Part shown: piece after piece, positions 19,795-30,228 of the stretch
How positions within the stretch are numbered: the stretch's first letter is position 1
Layout: each line of letters opens with the position of its first letter
Origin: Thermoanaerobaculia bacterium
Lineage (GTDB): Bacteria; Acidobacteriota; Thermoanaerobaculia; Multivoradales; UBA5704
Direction: 5' to 3'
Assembly (NCBI GenBank): GCA_044226625.1
Contig: JBGAGQ010000010.1
Location: 32,001-96,000, forward strand
DNA: 64,000 nucleotides
Program-made: the position numbers and the translations under genes
Notes under the pieces: generated by a model
The model's input: only the letters and a program-made list of their open reading frames with translations
Database searches by the model: none
Told to the model about the DNA's origin: nothing

Positions 19795-21843
19795 ATGGGC
19801 GAGAAGGACGTCTCCTTCGAGCAGGATCCAGAAGAGGCGCAGCGGTTCCTGCGCGCTCTCCTGTCGGACCTCACGGCGCTCGAAGCGCTGCTCGAAGCCG
19901 ATCTCATCGAAAGCGGCAAGTGCCGGATCGGCGCCGAGCAGGAAATGTTCCTGATCGATCGCGAGCTCCGGCCGGCGCCCGTCGCGGTCGAGCTGCTCGC
20001 CCGGGCGAACGAGCCTCGGCTGACGCACGAGATCGGCCGCTTCAACCTCGAAGCGAATCTTCAGGCCCGGCTCTTTGGCGAGCGTTGCCTCTCCGACATG
20101 GAAGCCGAGCTGCACGAGGTGATCGGCACCGCCCGGACGGCCGCCGCCGAGGTCGGTGCGGACGTCGTCCTCTGCGGCATCCTGCCGACCCTTCGTCTCT
20201 CCGATCTGACGCTTGCGAACCTGACCCCCAACCCGCGCTACGCCGAGCTCGACCGGGTGCTCATGGCGCGGCGCGGCGGGCGCTTCGACCTGCTGATCAA
20301 GGGGATCGACGAGCTGCGGGTGAGCCACGACAACCTGATGCTCGAGGCGGCGTGCACCAGCTTTCAGGTCCATTTCCAGGTCGGGGCGCGCGAGTTCGCC
20401 CATCTGTACAACGTCGCCCAGGCGGCGACCGCGCCGGTGCTCGCGGCGGCCACGAACTCGCCGCTGCTCCTCTCCTCGCGCCTCTGGCAGGAGACCCGGA
20501 TCGCCCTGTTCCAACACTCCGTCGACGACCGGTCGAGCGCGCACCAGCAGCGCGGCACGCCTACCCGCGTGAGCTTCGGTCAGGGGTGGCTCCACGACTC
20601 CGTGCTCGAGTATTTCCGCGAGGAGATCGCCCGGTATCGCACCATCCTCACCCGGCGGATCGACGATGATTCGCTGGCCGCGATCGCCCGCGGCGAGCTG
20701 CCGCAGCTCGCCGCGCTGCGCCTCCACAACGGCACGGTCTGGCGCTGGAACCGTCCCTGCTACGGCCTCCACGAGGGGCGCGCCCACCTGCGAATCGAGA
20801 TGCGGGCGCTTCCCGCCGGTCCCACGGTCGCCGACGAGATGGCGAACGCCGCGTTCTTCTTCGGCCTCCTGGTCGCGATGCCCGAAGAGTACGGCCCGAT
20901 CGACCGCGCGATGCCGTTCGACGCGGCGCGGGAGAATTTCCTGGCCGCCGCCCGGCAGGGGCTGCGCGCGCAGTTCGACTGGCTCGGCGGCAAGAGCATC
21001 CCCGCGGCGGCGCTGATCCTCGACCATCTCCTGCCGCTCGCCCGCGCCGGCCTCGCGTCCACGGTCTCGCTCGACGACGCCAGCCGCCTGCTCGATCTGC
21101 TCGAAGAGCGCGTCCGCAAGGAGCAGACCGGCTCGCTCTGGGCGCTGCGCTCGCTCGCCGGGATGGCCGATCGAGGAACGCCCGAACAGCGCCACCGCGC
21201 CCTGGTCGCCGCGATGCTCGCCGAACAGAAAGCCGACCGCCCGGTGGCGGAGTGGCCGCTCGCCTCGGTCTCCGCGGCGGACCGCCGCTCCGGTTACCGC
21301 CAGGTCGAGCAGTACATGACCACCGATCTCTTCACCGTCCGTCCGGACGATCTCGTCGACCTCGCGGCGAGCGTGATGACCTGGCGCCACATCCGCCACG
21401 TGCCGGTCGAGGACGACGAGGGGTGCCTGGTCGGTCTGGTCTCCCACCGCGACCTGCTGCGCCTGTTCGCCGCCCGAGGATTCTCCGGCACGAAAGCGCC
21501 CGTGGTGGTGCGCGAGATCATGAAAGCGCAGCCGGTCACCGTGGAGCCCGAGACGGCGACGCTCGACGCCGTCCGCCTGATGCGCGAGCGGAAAGTCGGC
21601 TGCCTGCCGGTCGTCCGCGCCGGCCGCCTGGTCGGCATCGTGACCGCGCAGGATTTCCTCGCGCTCTCGGCCGATCTGTTCGAGGAGCACCTCCGCGGCG
21701 AATCGCCGGCCGCATTGCTCGGGGCGAGCCCTGCCGCGAGCGCACCTGAATCGGCCGCGAGCCCAGCGGACCGGGCTGCGAAACCTGCCGAGTCGGTCTT
21801 CGGGGAAGCCCTCGGCGGCGACGCCGCCGCGACTGCGGGCTGA
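19795..21843 (+). CDS. Glutamate-cysteine ligase (GCS2) family protein with C-terminal CBS pair
   Basis: IGAEQEM, TSFQVHFQV, HNGTVWRWNRPCY, LRIEMRALPAGPT, followed by two CBS repeats. Confidence 0.88.
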   Translation: MGEKDVSFEQDPEEAQRFLRALLSDLTALEALLEADLIESGKCRIGAEQEMFLIDRELRPAPVAVELLARANEPRLTHEIGRFNLEANLQARLFGERCLSDMEAELHEVIGTARTAAAEVGADVVLCGILPTLRLSDLTLANLTPNPRYAELDRVLMARRGGRFDLLIKGIDELRVSHDNLMLEAACTSFQVHFQVGAREFAHLYNVAQAATAPVLAAATNSPLLLSSRLWQETRIALFQHSVDDRSSAHQQRGTPTRVSFGQGWLHDSVLEYFREEIARYRTILTRRIDDDSLAAIARGELPQLAALRLHNGTVWRWNRPCYGLHEGRAHLRIEMRALPAGPTVADEMANAAFFFGLLVAMPEEYGPIDRAMPFDAARENFLAAARQGLRAQFDWLGGKSIPAAALILDHLLPLARAGLASTVSLDDASRLLDLLEERVRKEQTGSLWALRSLAGMADRGTPEQRHRALVAAMLAEQKADRPVAEWPLASVSAADRRSGYRQVEQYMTTDLFTVRPDDLVDLAASVMTWRHIRHVPVEDDEGCLVGLVSHRDLLRLFAARGFSGTKAPVVVREIMKAQPVTVEPETATLDAVRLMRERKVGCLPVVRAGRLVGIVTAQDFLALSADLFEEHLRGESPAALLGASPAASAPESAASPADRAAKPAESVFGEALGGDAAATAG

Positions 21844-21871
21844 GACTGCGCCCCAAGCCTCGACCTGGCGG

Positions 21872-22657
21872 TCAGGCCCGACTTTCCAGCCACCGGCCGA
21901 GCGCCGGGACCTGCTCCGCGGCGGGTCCGATCAGGCGTAGGTCCGCGAGATCGGAGAGCGGGGTCTCTTCGACGTTCACCTCGACCACCAATGCCCCGGC
22001 CCGGGCTGCGATTTCGATTAGGCCGGCGGCCGGATAGACCGTCGCCGAGGTTCCGATCGCGACGAACAGATCGGCCGAGCGCGCGGCGTCCGCCGCGGCT
22101 TCGAACACCCCGACCGGCAGCTGCTCGCCAAACCAGACGACGCCCGGCCGCATGCGCCCTCCACACGACGGGCAGCCCGGCGGCCGCTCGGCCGACCGAG
22201 CCACCGCGTCGGCCATCGGCTCGCGCCGGCTGCAGACGGAGCAGCGGGCGAAGGCGAGAGAGCCGTGCAGCTCCGAGACGTTCGAGCTGCCGGCCGCGAG
22301 GTGGAGCCCGTCGACGTTCTGGGTGACCACGTGGAGCGACGTGAAGCGGCTCTCCCAGCGGCCGATCTCCCGATGGGCGGGATTCGGCGCCGCGGCGGCC
22401 ACCTGCTGCCACCGCCAGGCGTACCAACGCCAGACCGTCTCGGGATCGCGGGCGAACGCCTGTGGCGTCGCGAGCTCCTCGGGCCGCATCCGCTCCCAGA
22501 GCCCGCCGGGGCCACGGAAGGTGTCGAGTCCGCTCTCCTTGGAGAGACCGGCGCCGGAAAACACCACGGCCCGTCGCGCCGCGCGTGCCCGCTCGGCTAG
22601 GCGCCCTTCGGTCGGGAGATCGAGCCCCACCCTGCTTTCGATACGTTCTCTGGCCAC
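21872..22657 (-). CDS. cobB: NAD-dependent protein deacylase (Sir2 family)
   Basis: GAGLSKESG..TFRG, TQNVDGLH, HGS, CxxC..CxxC, RPGVVWFGE, GTS motifs. Confidence 0.93.
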   Translation of the reverse strand: MARERIESRVGLDLPTEGRLAERARAARRAVVFSGAGLSKESGLDTFRGPGGLWERMRPEELATPQAFARDPETVWRWYAWRWQQVAAAAPNPAHREIGRWESRFTSLHVVTQNVDGLHLAAGSSNVSELHGSLAFARCSVCSRREPMADAVARSAERPPGCPSCGGRMRPGVVWFGEQLPVGVFEAAADAARSADLFVAIGTSATVYPAAGLIEIAARAGALVVEVNVEETPLSDLADLRLIGPAAEQVPALGRWLESRA

Positions 22658-22674
22658 CGGGGTCTCCTCGAAGC

Positions 22675-23844
22675 TCAGCCTCGCCGCGGATCGGCCGGAC
22701 GACGCCGCCGCTCGACGAGCAACTGCTGCCCGTCGTGCGATTCCTTGCGGAAGCCGAGCAGATGGCAGACATCGAGCGCGAACGCGCGGGCGACGCGGGT
22801 ATCGAGGCGCAGCGCGTCGTTCCGGCCGGGGACCCTCCGGACGCCCGGGAGGATCGGCAGGAGGCGATCGACCTGGAGCGCGCGCAGGGCGGAGGAGACC
22901 CCGAGCCAGAACGGCGCCACGCGGCGGACCAGAAAATAGCCGTCGTCGCCCAGCTTCTGGTAGAGGGGCATGAACAGATAGCCCCCTTCCTCCGCGCGCA
23001 CGTCGCCGCTCCGGTCGTGGGCGACGACCGCCCCTTTCTGGATCGGAAAGAAGTTTTTGAACCCCGGGTTCATCGCGAAGTCGTCCTCCGGCCGGATCGC
23101 GTGCCGATGCCGGAGCTCGAGCGTCGCGGGAAGCCCGCGCGTCGCCTGGTCGAGCAGCGCGCGCCGCCCCGACAGATTTGCGATCCGCTCGGCGTCCGCC
23201 TCGGAAAGCAGCCCCGAGGCCACCATCGTAAGCCAGAGCGCGGCGAGATGCCGCTCTTCCGACTCGGGCGCCTCGTGCTGTCCAGCCTCGAAGCCGATCG
23301 CCACGTGCCCCTCGCGGTTCACCCAGTTGAGCAGCGTCCCTTCCAGGCTCTCCTCGAGCCCGAGCAGGATCGGCACCCCGAGCGTCTGGGCGATCCTCCG
23401 GTTCACCCGCGAGTCCGAGACGATCGCAAACGGCGCGCTGTCCGAGGAGGTGGTATGAAGATCGAGGAACACGGCCGCCCCCGTGCGCGCGGCGAGCGCA
23501 TCCTCGATCGCGCCGGTGAGCTCGACCAGCTCGCGATCCTCCCCTTGAAGCTCCGCCGGGTTCCTCGTCGAGAGCTCCTCCATCCGCTCAGGCCGCCAAG
23601 CCCGATTCAGATCGCGATCGAGAAACCGCTCCCCTCGGTTGAGTGCCGCGAGATTGCCTGAAAGCCCGAGCACCCGCCCGCGGATGGTCGGGGCGTGGCG
23701 TTCGAGATCCGCGAAAAACCGCACGATCGCGCGCGCCCCCGAAGGCTCGTTGCCATGGATCGCCCCAGTCGCGACAAGCAGCGGGCCGGGTACTCCGGAA
23801 GAGTACGAACCGAGGACGCGGGGGAAGGGTGAGGGAACGGGCAT
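22675..23844 (-). CDS. Succinylglutamate desuccinylase/aspartoacylase family (M14-like) protein
   Basis: Likely start MPVPSP at 23844. HGNE, DLNR, DLHTT, FEAGQH motifs. Confidence 0.88.
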   Translation of the reverse strand: MPVPSPFPRVLGSYSSGVPGPLLVATGAIHGNEPSGARAIVRFFADLERHAPTIRGRVLGLSGNLAALNRGERFLDRDLNRAWRPERMEELSTRNPAELQGEDRELVELTGAIEDALAARTGAAVFLDLHTTSSDSAPFAIVSDSRVNRRIAQTLGVPILLGLEESLEGTLLNWVNREGHVAIGFEAGQHEAPESEERHLAALWLTMVASGLLSEADAERIANLSGRRALLDQATRGLPATLELRHRHAIRPEDDFAMNPGFKNFFPIQKGAVVAHDRSGDVRAEEGGYLFMPLYQKLGDDGYFLVRRVAPFWLGVSSALRALQVDRLLPILPGVRRVPGRNDALRLDTRVARAFALDVCHLLGFRKESHDGQQLLVERRRRPADPRRG

Positions 23845-24137
23845 CGCGACCACCTGTCGAATCGAAGGGAAATCGGGAAAATGGGACCGTGGGGCACCGC
23901 GGCGCGTTCCGAGTGAACCGCTATCTCCGGCCCGCCGGTACCTCGGTAAAACTATAAGGCCCTGCCAGCTCGGAGGAACCGGCCGAGCGGGTGGTTCGGC
24001 CAGCGCAGCCATGCGCAGCTCCAGGGTCCACCCTCGCGCAACCCCAAGGCCGCCCTTGGCGTACCATGTCTTCAAATCGCTCCGTCGTTCCGCCCGGCTC
24101 GCCTCGCTGGGCCCTTCCTGCTTGAAGGAGACGCCGC

Positions 24138-25670
24138 ATGACCGCAAAGCCACTCGCCTTGGCCGCCCTTCTTCTGTGTTCCACCTCCCTCGCCCGCGCG
24201 GCCGACATGGCCGCTCCTTGCGGGGGAGATCACAAGCCCGCCATGGAGGCTCCGAAGTCCGAGAAATCCGAGACGCAGCACTCGATCACGATCGATGGAA
24301 AGGCGGTCGCCTACACGGCGACGGCCGGGCTGTTGATCGTCCAGAACGGCAAGGGCGAACCGGTCGCGAGCATCGGCTACACCGCCTACACGAAGAAGGA
24401 CGCGGAGCCGAACCGGCCGCTCATGTTCGCCTACAACGGCGGCCCGGGATCGTCCTCGATCTGGCTGCACATGGGGGCGCTCGGACCGCGGCGGGTGGTG
24501 ACGGTCGATTCCGGCCCGACCCCGCCGCCGCCTTTCGACGTGGTCGACAACAACTGGAGCGTGATCGACAAGACCGACCTGGTCATGATCGACCCGGTGG
24601 GCACCGGCTTCTCCCACGCGGTGGGGGAGGCGAAGGACAAGGACTTCTGGGGCGTCGACGCCGACATCGAATCGGTGAGCCGGTTCATCAAGACCTACGT
24701 CTCGGAGAATGGCCGCTGGCGCTCGCCGAAGTTCCTTCTCGGCGAAAGCTACGGCTCGACCCGTTCGGGCGGCATCGCGAAGTACCTCGAGACCAAGGAA
24801 AACATGGCGCTGAACGGCGTGGTCCTGGTCTCGGTCGCGACCGACATCGAGGCGCTGTTCGCCTGGCCCGGCAACGACCGGCCGTATCCGCTGATCCTGC
24901 CGACCTTCACCGCGGTCGCCGCCCATCACAAGGTGCTGCCGAACGCCCCTGCCGACATCGAACCGCTCCTGGTCGAGGTGCGCGCGTTTGCGCTCGGCGA
25001 GTATTCGGCGGCGCTCGCCAAGGGAGACCGGATGAGCGAGGCCGAGCGCGACGCGCTCGCCGCGAAGCTTCACCGCTACACCGGCCTCTCCGCCGAGTTC
25101 TGGAAGCGCGCGAATCTCCGCGTGCGCGAGTCGCAGTTCTGCCAGGAGCTGCTGCGCGAGCATCGCGAGGTGGTCGGCCGGCTCGACGGCCGCTTCCTCG
25201 GCCGTTCCTATGACGCACTCGCCGAAGAGGCGGACTACGACCCGCAGTCCTCGGCGATTTCGGCCGCCTTCACCGCGGCGTTCCTCGACTACATCCACAA
25301 GGACCTGAAGTGGGGCGACGGCAAGAGCTACACCGTCCTGAGTGAAGAGGTCGCCCCGGCCTGGGAGTGGAAGCACAACACCGGCTGGTTCGCCGCCTCG
25401 CCCACGCCGAACACCGGCATCGACCTCGGCCAAGCGATGATCTACAACCCGAATCTACGCCTGCTCGTGCTCAACGGCCTCTACGACCTCGCGACGCCGT
25501 TCTTCGCGACCGAGTCGATGATGGATCACCTCGGCTTGCCCGCCGACCTCCAGTCGCACATCGAGATGAAGTACTACCCGGCGGGGCACATGATGTACCT
25601 GCACGAGCCGTCCCTCAAACAGTGGAAGGCCGACATCGCGTCGTTCATCGACCGGACGACGAAGCGGTAG
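24138..25670 (+). CDS. Secreted serine carboxypeptidase (peptidase S10)
   Basis: Signal peptide, NGGPGSSS, DPVGTGFS, GESYG, DLATP, GHMMY. Confidence 0.93.
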   Translation: MTAKPLALAALLLCSTSLARAADMAAPCGGDHKPAMEAPKSEKSETQHSITIDGKAVAYTATAGLLIVQNGKGEPVASIGYTAYTKKDAEPNRPLMFAYNGGPGSSSIWLHMGALGPRRVVTVDSGPTPPPPFDVVDNNWSVIDKTDLVMIDPVGTGFSHAVGEAKDKDFWGVDADIESVSRFIKTYVSENGRWRSPKFLLGESYGSTRSGGIAKYLETKENMALNGVVLVSVATDIEALFAWPGNDRPYPLILPTFTAVAAHHKVLPNAPADIEPLLVEVRAFALGEYSAALAKGDRMSEAERDALAAKLHRYTGLSAEFWKRANLRVRESQFCQELLREHREVVGRLDGRFLGRSYDALAEEADYDPQSSAISAAFTAAFLDYIHKDLKWGDGKSYTVLSEEVAPAWEWKHNTGWFAASPTPNTGIDLGQAMIYNPNLRLLVLNGLYDLATPFFATESMMDHLGLPADLQSHIEMKYYPAGHMMYLHEPSLKQWKADIASFIDRTTKR

Positions 25671-26990
25671 GACCCGAATCTCCGGCCGGCTCGAGCCCTT
25701 CGAGCCGGCCGCTCCACCAGATCACCCGCGCCGTGCTTCGAAACCAGGGAAGACCCGGGCCGAGGGCTCGCAGGCGGACGATTCCCGACCTCGGCGCCGG
25801 ATCGTCCCAGAGCGCCGCGAGCTCCGCCGGATTGCGCGCCGCTGGGCTCATCAAGAGCCCTTCGGTCGCCGTCGCCGGGACCAACCGCCAGACTTTCTTA
25901 CGCCCGTCCTCGTATTGGGCCTCGAAATAGAGAGGCGGCACGCGCCAGAGCATCGCGGCGAGCCGGCCGCCGATCGAGAGGTCGACGTGGATCTCGGCGA
26001 AGCGCCAGCCCGGGCCGCGGGGAACCTCGAGCGGTTGCGCCAAGGAGAACGTCCGCTTTCCAGCGCGTTCGAGTTGGAACGCGGCCGGGCGTGCCCTTTT
26101 TCGGAGAACGATCCAGTCCGAATGCCGGTCTAAGGCGACCGGCCCCGGCAGGCGTTCGTAGCGTTCCAGGATCGCGCGCCAAGTTTCCGGTGTGTCCCAA
26201 ACCATCTGGCGACGATCGATCGCCCGGTTCTCGACCAGCAGGAGATCCGCGCCGTGGCCGGATCGAAAGTGCTCGGCGTCGAGGCGGTCGAGACGCGGCG
26301 AGTAGGCGAGGTACAGCTGGAGCGTCGGAGTCGGCGTCCAAGAGAGGTCGTTCGCCGCGAGGACGCTCAGCTCCATGGGAAGGACGTCGACGCTGGCGCC
26401 CGCGGCCCGGATCCACGAGAGAAGCGGCGCAGGGAGACGAGCGGGCGCGAGAGCCAGGCGCCGACCAGCGCGACCGCGGCGATCCCCAGGCTGACCTTGA
26501 TCAAAGCGAAGACGACGACGAGCGCACCGGCGGCGATCGCCGTGATCGGCACCCGGCTCGGCCGATCGACCTCGGGCGCGACGAGCAGCGCGAGGGTGAA
26601 CAGCAGCGCGTACTCCGCTCGCAGGCCGGCAAGGTAGGCGACGAGAAGCAAACCGGCGAAGAGGAGACCGCGCCGGAGCGGGACGCTACGGAGCGCACGG
26701 ACGAGCGCGAGGCCGAAGAGGATGTGTAGGGCGAGCCGAAGGGACTCGGTGGAGGCGGTCGTTCGGGGGACGGGCAGCACGAGCGAGCCGAGCGGACCGT
26801 AGGTGTAGACCACGTCGCGGCCGTGTACCAGGCCTCGGGCGGTGGTTTCGCTGAGGCCGAGCGTGTAGGAGGGGTCTAGACCGGTGCCGGGCGAACCGCG
26901 GGGACCCGGAAAGAGCACGACCCAGAGCGCGAGGCCCAGAGCTGCGCGCGCCACCGCGGTGCGCGCCGCGGGCTGCAAGAGCTTGCGCAT
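25645..26990 (-). pseudogene. Integral membrane protein (possibly GT-C-like), split or internally deleted
   Basis: Two abutting ORFs: 26367..26990 (TM, GLDPSY..YTYGPLG) and 25645..26376. The abrupt junction may be a sequencing artefact. Confidence 0.55.
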
Positions 26991-27030
26991 GTGAGGGCCA
27001 GTATAGCCCTCGGGTTCTTCGGGGATGCGG

Positions 27031-27068
27031 AAAAGGAAAAAGGCCGACGCTTGCGCGCCGGCCTTTCC
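27031..27068 (-). terminator. Rho-independent terminator of the cold-shock gene
   Basis: AAAGGCCG..CGGCCTTT stem with an A-run on the plus strand (U-tract on minus). Confidence 0.7.
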
Positions 27069-27092
27069 CCTAGCTATTGGAAGGGTTCGGAC

Positions 27093-27263
27093 TTAGCCGA
27101 GCTTGACGACGTTCTCGGCCGCGGGGCCCTTCTGGCCCTGGACGATGTCGAACTGGACGCGCTCGCCCTCGGAGAGGCTCTTGAAGCCCTGAGCCTGAAT
27201 CGCCGAGTGATGGACGAAGCAATCCTTCTCGTTGAACCACTTCACAACGCCGGTGGTACGCAT
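27093..27263 (-). CDS. Cold-shock protein (CspA family) lacking the RNP-1 segment
   Basis: [64 protein letters not shown] upstream. The KGFGFI segment is absent. Confidence 0.85.
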   Translation of the reverse strand: MRTTGVVKWFNEKDCFVHHSAIQAQGFKSLSEGERVQFDIVQGQKGPAAENVVKLG

Positions 27264-27620
27264 AGCTGACCTTCTCCTTAGTGTTTGTAATCGGAGTCCG
27301 GCCAAAACCGTGCGTGCCGACTACAGATCGTGAAAAACGCCCTCACGCTGGGCTTTAACCCGCTACGCACGGAAACCGTCATGGTTTCCGGCTGAAGCGG
27401 CTGGAACGGGTGGAAGTTTACCGCGATCGCCTTTTCCTTCGTCGAGCTGTTCCGGAGGGATTCGATTCCATGACCTGAAGGGAGGGGATGACTCGATGTT
27501 GCAATACCGGTCCGTCGCTCTGGGCGAGCGGAAGGATCATACCTGGGTTTCTCCGAGAGTGCAAAGTGGCTCGTCCCAACCGTTCGGACGGGGCGCCCGG
27601 CCGAGATCTAGACTCGCGCC

Positions 27621-28742
27621 GTGATCGATCCGACACGGCCCCCGGGGAGGAGATCGACGAGGGGCTCCACGAGGACCCCGGCATCCCGCCTCCGCTTCAC
27701 GCTGCTCAACGTGGGCGGCTGGGTTCTGTTCTCCGCCGTGGTCTCCGTCTGGCTCGAGGCGCAGCGGCGAGGCCTCGGAGTGCCCGCGCCCTATGGGACC
27801 CTCTTCCGCCACACCCTCGTCTTCTGGATCCTCTGGACGATCCCGACCGTGTTCATCTTCCGCGCGTTCCGCCGCTTTCCCTGGGAGCCCGGGCGCACGC
27901 GGCGAACCCTCGCGCTCCACCTCGCGGCGAGCCTTCTGTGGATGCCGATCTACGGCGCCTTGCTCGTTCCCGTCGCGACGCTCGTCTTCGGCGTCCCGTG
28001 GAGCCGCTTCCCCGAGTTCGCGCCGCGGTTCTACGGCACCCTGTTCTGGATCGAGTACCTGCTCTATTGGCCGGTCTTCGCGGTGGCCGCCGCCCACGAC
28101 GGGCTGCGTCGCGCGCGCGACCGCGAGGCGCTCGCGCGGGAGCTCACGCAGGCGCGGCTCGATGCGCTCCGCTCGCAGATCCAGCCGCATTTCCTGTTCA
28201 ACACCCTGGCCGCCATCTCGGGGCTCCTGCGGAGCGGCGAGACCGCCCTTTCGGCGCGCTCGATCGAGAGTCTGGCCGACCTCTTGCGCCGCGTCGTTTC
28301 GCAGTCCGACCGGCCGCTCGTGCCGTTCGCCGAAGAGCTCGCGACCGCCGAGCTCTACCTGGAGATCCAGAAGATCCGGTGCGGCAATCGCCTCTCGGTC
28401 GAGATCGCCACCGATCCTCGCTCGCTCGCCCTCGGCGTGCCGAACCTCTTGCTCCAGCCGCTGCTCGAAAACGCCTTCGAGCACGGCGTCGCGCGGGTTC
28501 CGGGGCGTGTGAGGGTCGCCGTCCGGACGGTCCTCCGGGAGGAGGGAACGCTCTCGATCGAGATCGAGAACCCGATCCCTGCCGACGCCGCGCCACCCTC
28601 CGACACCGGGCTGGGGATCGCGAACACCCGCTCGCGGTTGGAGCTGCTGTTTCCGGGGCAGGCGCGTCTCGATCTCGCGCTCGATCGAACGGCACGGCTC
28701 GCCCGAACGTCCGTTCTCCTGCCCGAAAGGCCGCTCCCATGA
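27621..28742 (+). CDS. LytS/YehU-family sensor histidine kinase
   Basis: N-terminal TMs, LRSQIQPHFLFNTL, LQPLLENAFEHG, GLGIAN. Confidence 0.92.
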   Translation: MIDPTRPPGRRSTRGSTRTPASRLRFTLLNVGGWVLFSAVVSVWLEAQRRGLGVPAPYGTLFRHTLVFWILWTIPTVFIFRAFRRFPWEPGRTRRTLALHLAASLLWMPIYGALLVPVATLVFGVPWSRFPEFAPRFYGTLFWIEYLLYWPVFAVAAAHDGLRRARDREALARELTQARLDALRSQIQPHFLFNTLAAISGLLRSGETALSARSIESLADLLRRVVSQSDRPLVPFAEELATAELYLEIQKIRCGNRLSVEIATDPRSLALGVPNLLLQPLLENAFEHGVARVPGRVRVAVRTVLREEGTLSIEIENPIPADAAPPSDTGLGIANTRSRLELLFPGQARLDLALDRTARLARTSVLLPERPLP

Positions 28743-29554
28743 ACGAACCGCCCAAGATGCCACTCAAAGTCCTGGTGGTCGACGACGAGCCGCTCGCCCG
28801 CACGGACCTCGAGGTTTTGCTCCGGGCCGAGCCCGATCTTCACCTGCTCCCGGGCGTCGAGGACGGCGAGAGCGCGCTCGCGGCGCTTGCGAAGCACCGC
28901 CCCGACGTGCTCTTCCTCGACATTCGGATGCCGGGGCTCGACGGATTCGAGGTGCTCGCGCGGATCGACCCGCTCGACCTGCCGATGGTGGTCTTCGTCT
29001 CGGCCTACGATGAATTCGCGCTCGACGCGTTCGCCGTCTCGGCCCTCGATTACCTAATGAAGCCGGTCCGGCCCGCCCGCCTGCGCGAGACCCTGGCGCG
29101 CGTCCGGAGCCGGCGCGACGACCGCTGGCGCGAGCACGTCGTCCACGAGATCGCCGAGCTCCGCGCGCTCTACGAAGGGCTGATCGCCGATCGGCCGCTC
29201 TCGGCGGAGGGGCCGTTCGCCACGCGGCTCGCGGTGCGCGACGCCCAGCGCATCCGCTTCGTCGCGGTCGAATCGATCGATTGGATCGAAGCCGACCGCA
29301 ACTATTGCGTCCTCCATACGCCGCAGGGGCGCCTCTCGCTCCGGGCGACGATCTCCGACCTCGAACGGCGGCTCGATCCGAGGGCGTTCTCCCGCATCCA
29401 TCGCTCGACGATCGTGGCGCTCGGCCGCATCCGCGAGATGCGCCCGACGTTCCGCGGCGAATACTCCGTCACCCTGGAGGACGGCACGGTGCTCCATTGG
29501 ACCCGCGGCTACCTCGCCGCGCTTCAGAAGGTGCTCGAGCCGAAGGAGGGCTGA
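28739..29554 (+). CDS. LytTR-family response regulator
   Basis: ATGA overlap with the kinase. VVDDEPLAR, FLDIRMP, DYLMKP, IEADRNY, RIHRSTIV. Confidence 0.93.
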   Translation: MNEPPKMPLKVLVVDDEPLARTDLEVLLRAEPDLHLLPGVEDGESALAALAKHRPDVLFLDIRMPGLDGFEVLARIDPLDLPMVVFVSAYDEFALDAFAVSALDYLMKPVRPARLRETLARVRSRRDDRWREHVVHEIAELRALYEGLIADRPLSAEGPFATRLAVRDAQRIRFVAVESIDWIEADRNYCVLHTPQGRLSLRATISDLERRLDPRAFSRIHRSTIVALGRIREMRPTFRGEYSVTLEDGTVLHWTRGYLAALQKVLEPKEG

Positions 29555-29640
29555 AGCGGGATTCCGTCTCGTCCCCGATCGCGGCGTGTTCGTCCCCCGG
29601 CGGCGGAGCGTCCGCTCGGCCGTCGGCGAGCCTTCCCGGC

Positions 29641-30228
29641 ATGCGCAACCGGACCGAATCCGCTCGACGATCGATCTCGCTCCTCCCCCTCGCGATCCTT
29701 CCGCTGCTCGCCGGTGATGGAGAACGCGCTCCTTCTCCCGTGGCCTCGGTGTCTCCTGCGGCACCGGCTGCCCCGGCGGCTCAATCCTTTCCATGTTCCG
29801 GCGCGCGCCACCGCGAATTCGATTTCCTCCTCGGCGATTGGGAGGCCTATTCGCCCGACGGAAAGCTCGCCGGCCGTGATCGGATCACCCGAATCCTGGA
29901 CGGCTGCGCGCTCGAAGAGGCGTGGAGCGATCCCGCCTCCCCGCCGTCGTACCGCGGCGGCAGCGTGAGCGCGTTCGATGCGCGGACCGGCCGCTGGCAC
30001 CAGACGTGGGTGGACAACCAGGGGGTGACCAGCCGGCTCGAAGGAGGACGGGTCGAGACGCGGATGGTGCTCGAAGGAGAGGCCGGCGCCGGCCCGCCGG
30101 GCCGGCGCGTGCGGCTCACCTGGGAGCCTCTACCGACGGGGGAGGTCCGCCAGACGATCGAGCGCGCGGACGCGCCGGATGCCTGGCGGACCGGCGTGGT
30201 TTTCCTGTACCGGCGGCCCGCCGCCTAG
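29641..30228 (+). CDS. Secreted hypothetical protein (DUF1579-like beta-barrel)
   Basis: Hydrophobic leader, HREFDFLLGDW, WHQTWVDNQG. Confidence 0.7.
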   Translation: MRNRTESARRSISLLPLAILPLLAGDGERAPSPVASVSPAAPAAPAAQSFPCSGARHREFDFLLGDWEAYSPDGKLAGRDRITRILDGCALEEAWSDPASPPSYRGGSVSAFDARTGRWHQTWVDNQGVTSRLEGGRVETRMVLEGEAGAGPPGRRVRLTWEPLPTGEVRQTIERADAPDAWRTGVVFLYRRPAA

